A stretch of DNA of 48,803 bases from Basidiobolus meristosporus CBS 931.73 (Eukaryota; Fungi; Basidiobolomycota), in assembly GCA_002104905.1 (NCBI GenBank), contig MCFE01000662.1:1-48803 (forward strand), written 5' to 3'. Positions 47,780-48,803 of this stretch are shown piece by piece. Under the pieces are notes generated by a model. The model was not told the origin of the DNA. It was given only the letters and a program-made list of their open reading frames with translations, and searched no databases. How positions within the stretch are numbered: the first letter of the stretch is position 1; every line of letters starts with the position of its first letter. A program made the translations under genes and the position numbers.

Positions 47780-48147
47780 TGTTATGATCTGCCGCTTGAA
47801 TGTTTAAGTTAGATCAGTTTTTAGTCAAATCAGTTAGTATATGTTTAGGTTATCAGTACATCAGTATTATCTATGAAATCAGTAGCATTAGTCAGCAAAT
47901 GAATCAGCAGATCCTTATCAGACAGAAATAGATATATTAAGTAGGATCTTATTGGGTGATGATGATGCAATCAAATGAGTCATCAGCCACAACCTACATT
48001 AGGAAATACAATTAGTCAGCAATTGATCTGGCAAAATGTATATAAGGAGCTGCTGGAACCTCAATAAAAATCAGTTCAAGTTTTAGTGAATACAATACTA
48101 GCTAAACTCCCTATTCCTCTACAACTCTTATACCAAGACTTGTAACA
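47780..48147 (+). repeat. LTR shared by A1 (as 3' LTR) and the next tandem copy (as 5' LTR)
   Basis: Preceded by a PPT and followed directly by a PBS (48149-48159) and gag. Confidence 0.96.
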
Positions 48148-48205
48148 TTGGTAGCAGCGATAACCAGAAACCTCCCTCCTGAAGAAAGAAGAAACCACCC
48201 TCAAG

Positions 48206-48803
48206 ATGTCGGACAATCAAGAATGGAAGAATGCCATGCAGCAAATCCTGGCCCAACAGCAACAGCTACTCCAGATCCTCAGCCAACAGCAACAAGGAAT
48301 GACTACCATGGCTCAGAGCCAGCAAAGCCCTGTCAAGAGCAACTTTAGTGTGAAGGTCAACCGGTACCATGGCAGAGTCAATGAAAACCTGGGAACTTGG
48401 CTCTTTCAGATTGAAGAAGCTTTTAAAGCTAAAGGAATTGCTCCAGAGAGCAAGTTGCATTATGCAGCTTCTTACCTGGCAGATGCAGCTTTACAGTGGT
48501 ACCACAACAAGATCAGGTCAGCTACTATGATGGGATGCTCTACAATCTCTACCTGGGATGAGTTTGTGTCGGAAATTCAGGATGCTTTTGAACCTCCACA
48601 CCAGCAGACACTACTAAGAAGGAAGTTAAAGACACTCAGACAGAAAGGAATGGTGCAAGAATACATCTATGAGTACAGATGTCTACTTGGACAAATTGAA
48701 AGAATGGACCCCTTGGATCAAGTTGAATACTTTATTGATGGGTTGAAAGAAAGAACTCGCAAGGAAGTCAATTACCGAAGACCTCAGACTATTGAAGAAG
48801 CCA
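48206..48803 (+). CDS. gag: Gag of the second tandem family A copy, runs off the window
   Basis: ATG at 48206; no difference seen by eye from 43636-44233 (period 4570 bp). Confidence 0.95.
   Translation, partial: MSDNQEWKNAMQQILAQQQQLLQILSQQQQGMTTMAQSQQSPVKSNFSVKVNRYHGRVNENLGTWLFQIEEAFKAKGIAPESKLHYAASYLADAALQWYHNKIRSATMMGCSTISTWDEFVSEIQDAFEPPHQQTLLRRKLKTLRQKGMVQEYIYEYRCLLGQIERMDPLDQVEYFIDGLKERTRKEVNYRRPQTIEEA

Larger units (their letters stand above)
43210..48147 (+). mobile_element. Ty3/gypsy family A, intact copy A1 (4938 bp)
   Basis: 368-bp LTRs 43210-43577 and 47780-48147 with one mismatch seen (43309 G vs 47879 T); PBS, single ORF, PPT; left flank CCGG. Confidence 0.98.

Noticed and set aside
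1-48803. Host protein-coding, rRNA or tRNA genes
   Set aside because: None recognised; nearly all sequence is assigned to transposons. Short spliced exons in the unassigned gaps cannot be fully excluded.

Overview
A eukaryotic (probably fungal; inference) transposon-only island with no recognisable host gene. Almost every base belongs to nested mobile elements whose boundaries can be fixed from TSDs. 1-17102 is one decayed minus-strand Ty1/copia element split by a copia solo LTR, a 321-bp MITE, two inverted CACTA/CMC-like elements (CCCTA termini, tnp2-type transposase) and an inverted copia fragment; the CACTA elements in turn carry a chromovirus solo LTR and a full-length decayed Ty3/gypsy copy. 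18294-22265 is a gag-less chromodomain gypsy (family B). 22321-48803 is an interleaved cluster of a two-gene PIF/Harbinger-superfamily DNA transposon (about 5 copies or remnants), a 1.07-kb orphan LTR family (C, 5 copies) and gypsy family A, ending in an intact 1377-aa gag-pol element that continues as a head-to-tail tandem sharing one LTR. Main leads: family C LTRs all sit in NCGN target sites in a strongly CpG-depleted region; B and C LTRs carry phased heat-shock elements; the Harbinger-like element has a CpG-free transposase and an unrecognised second gene; CG>TG/CA decay is pervasive. Alignments were done by eye; boundaries marked ~ are approximate.
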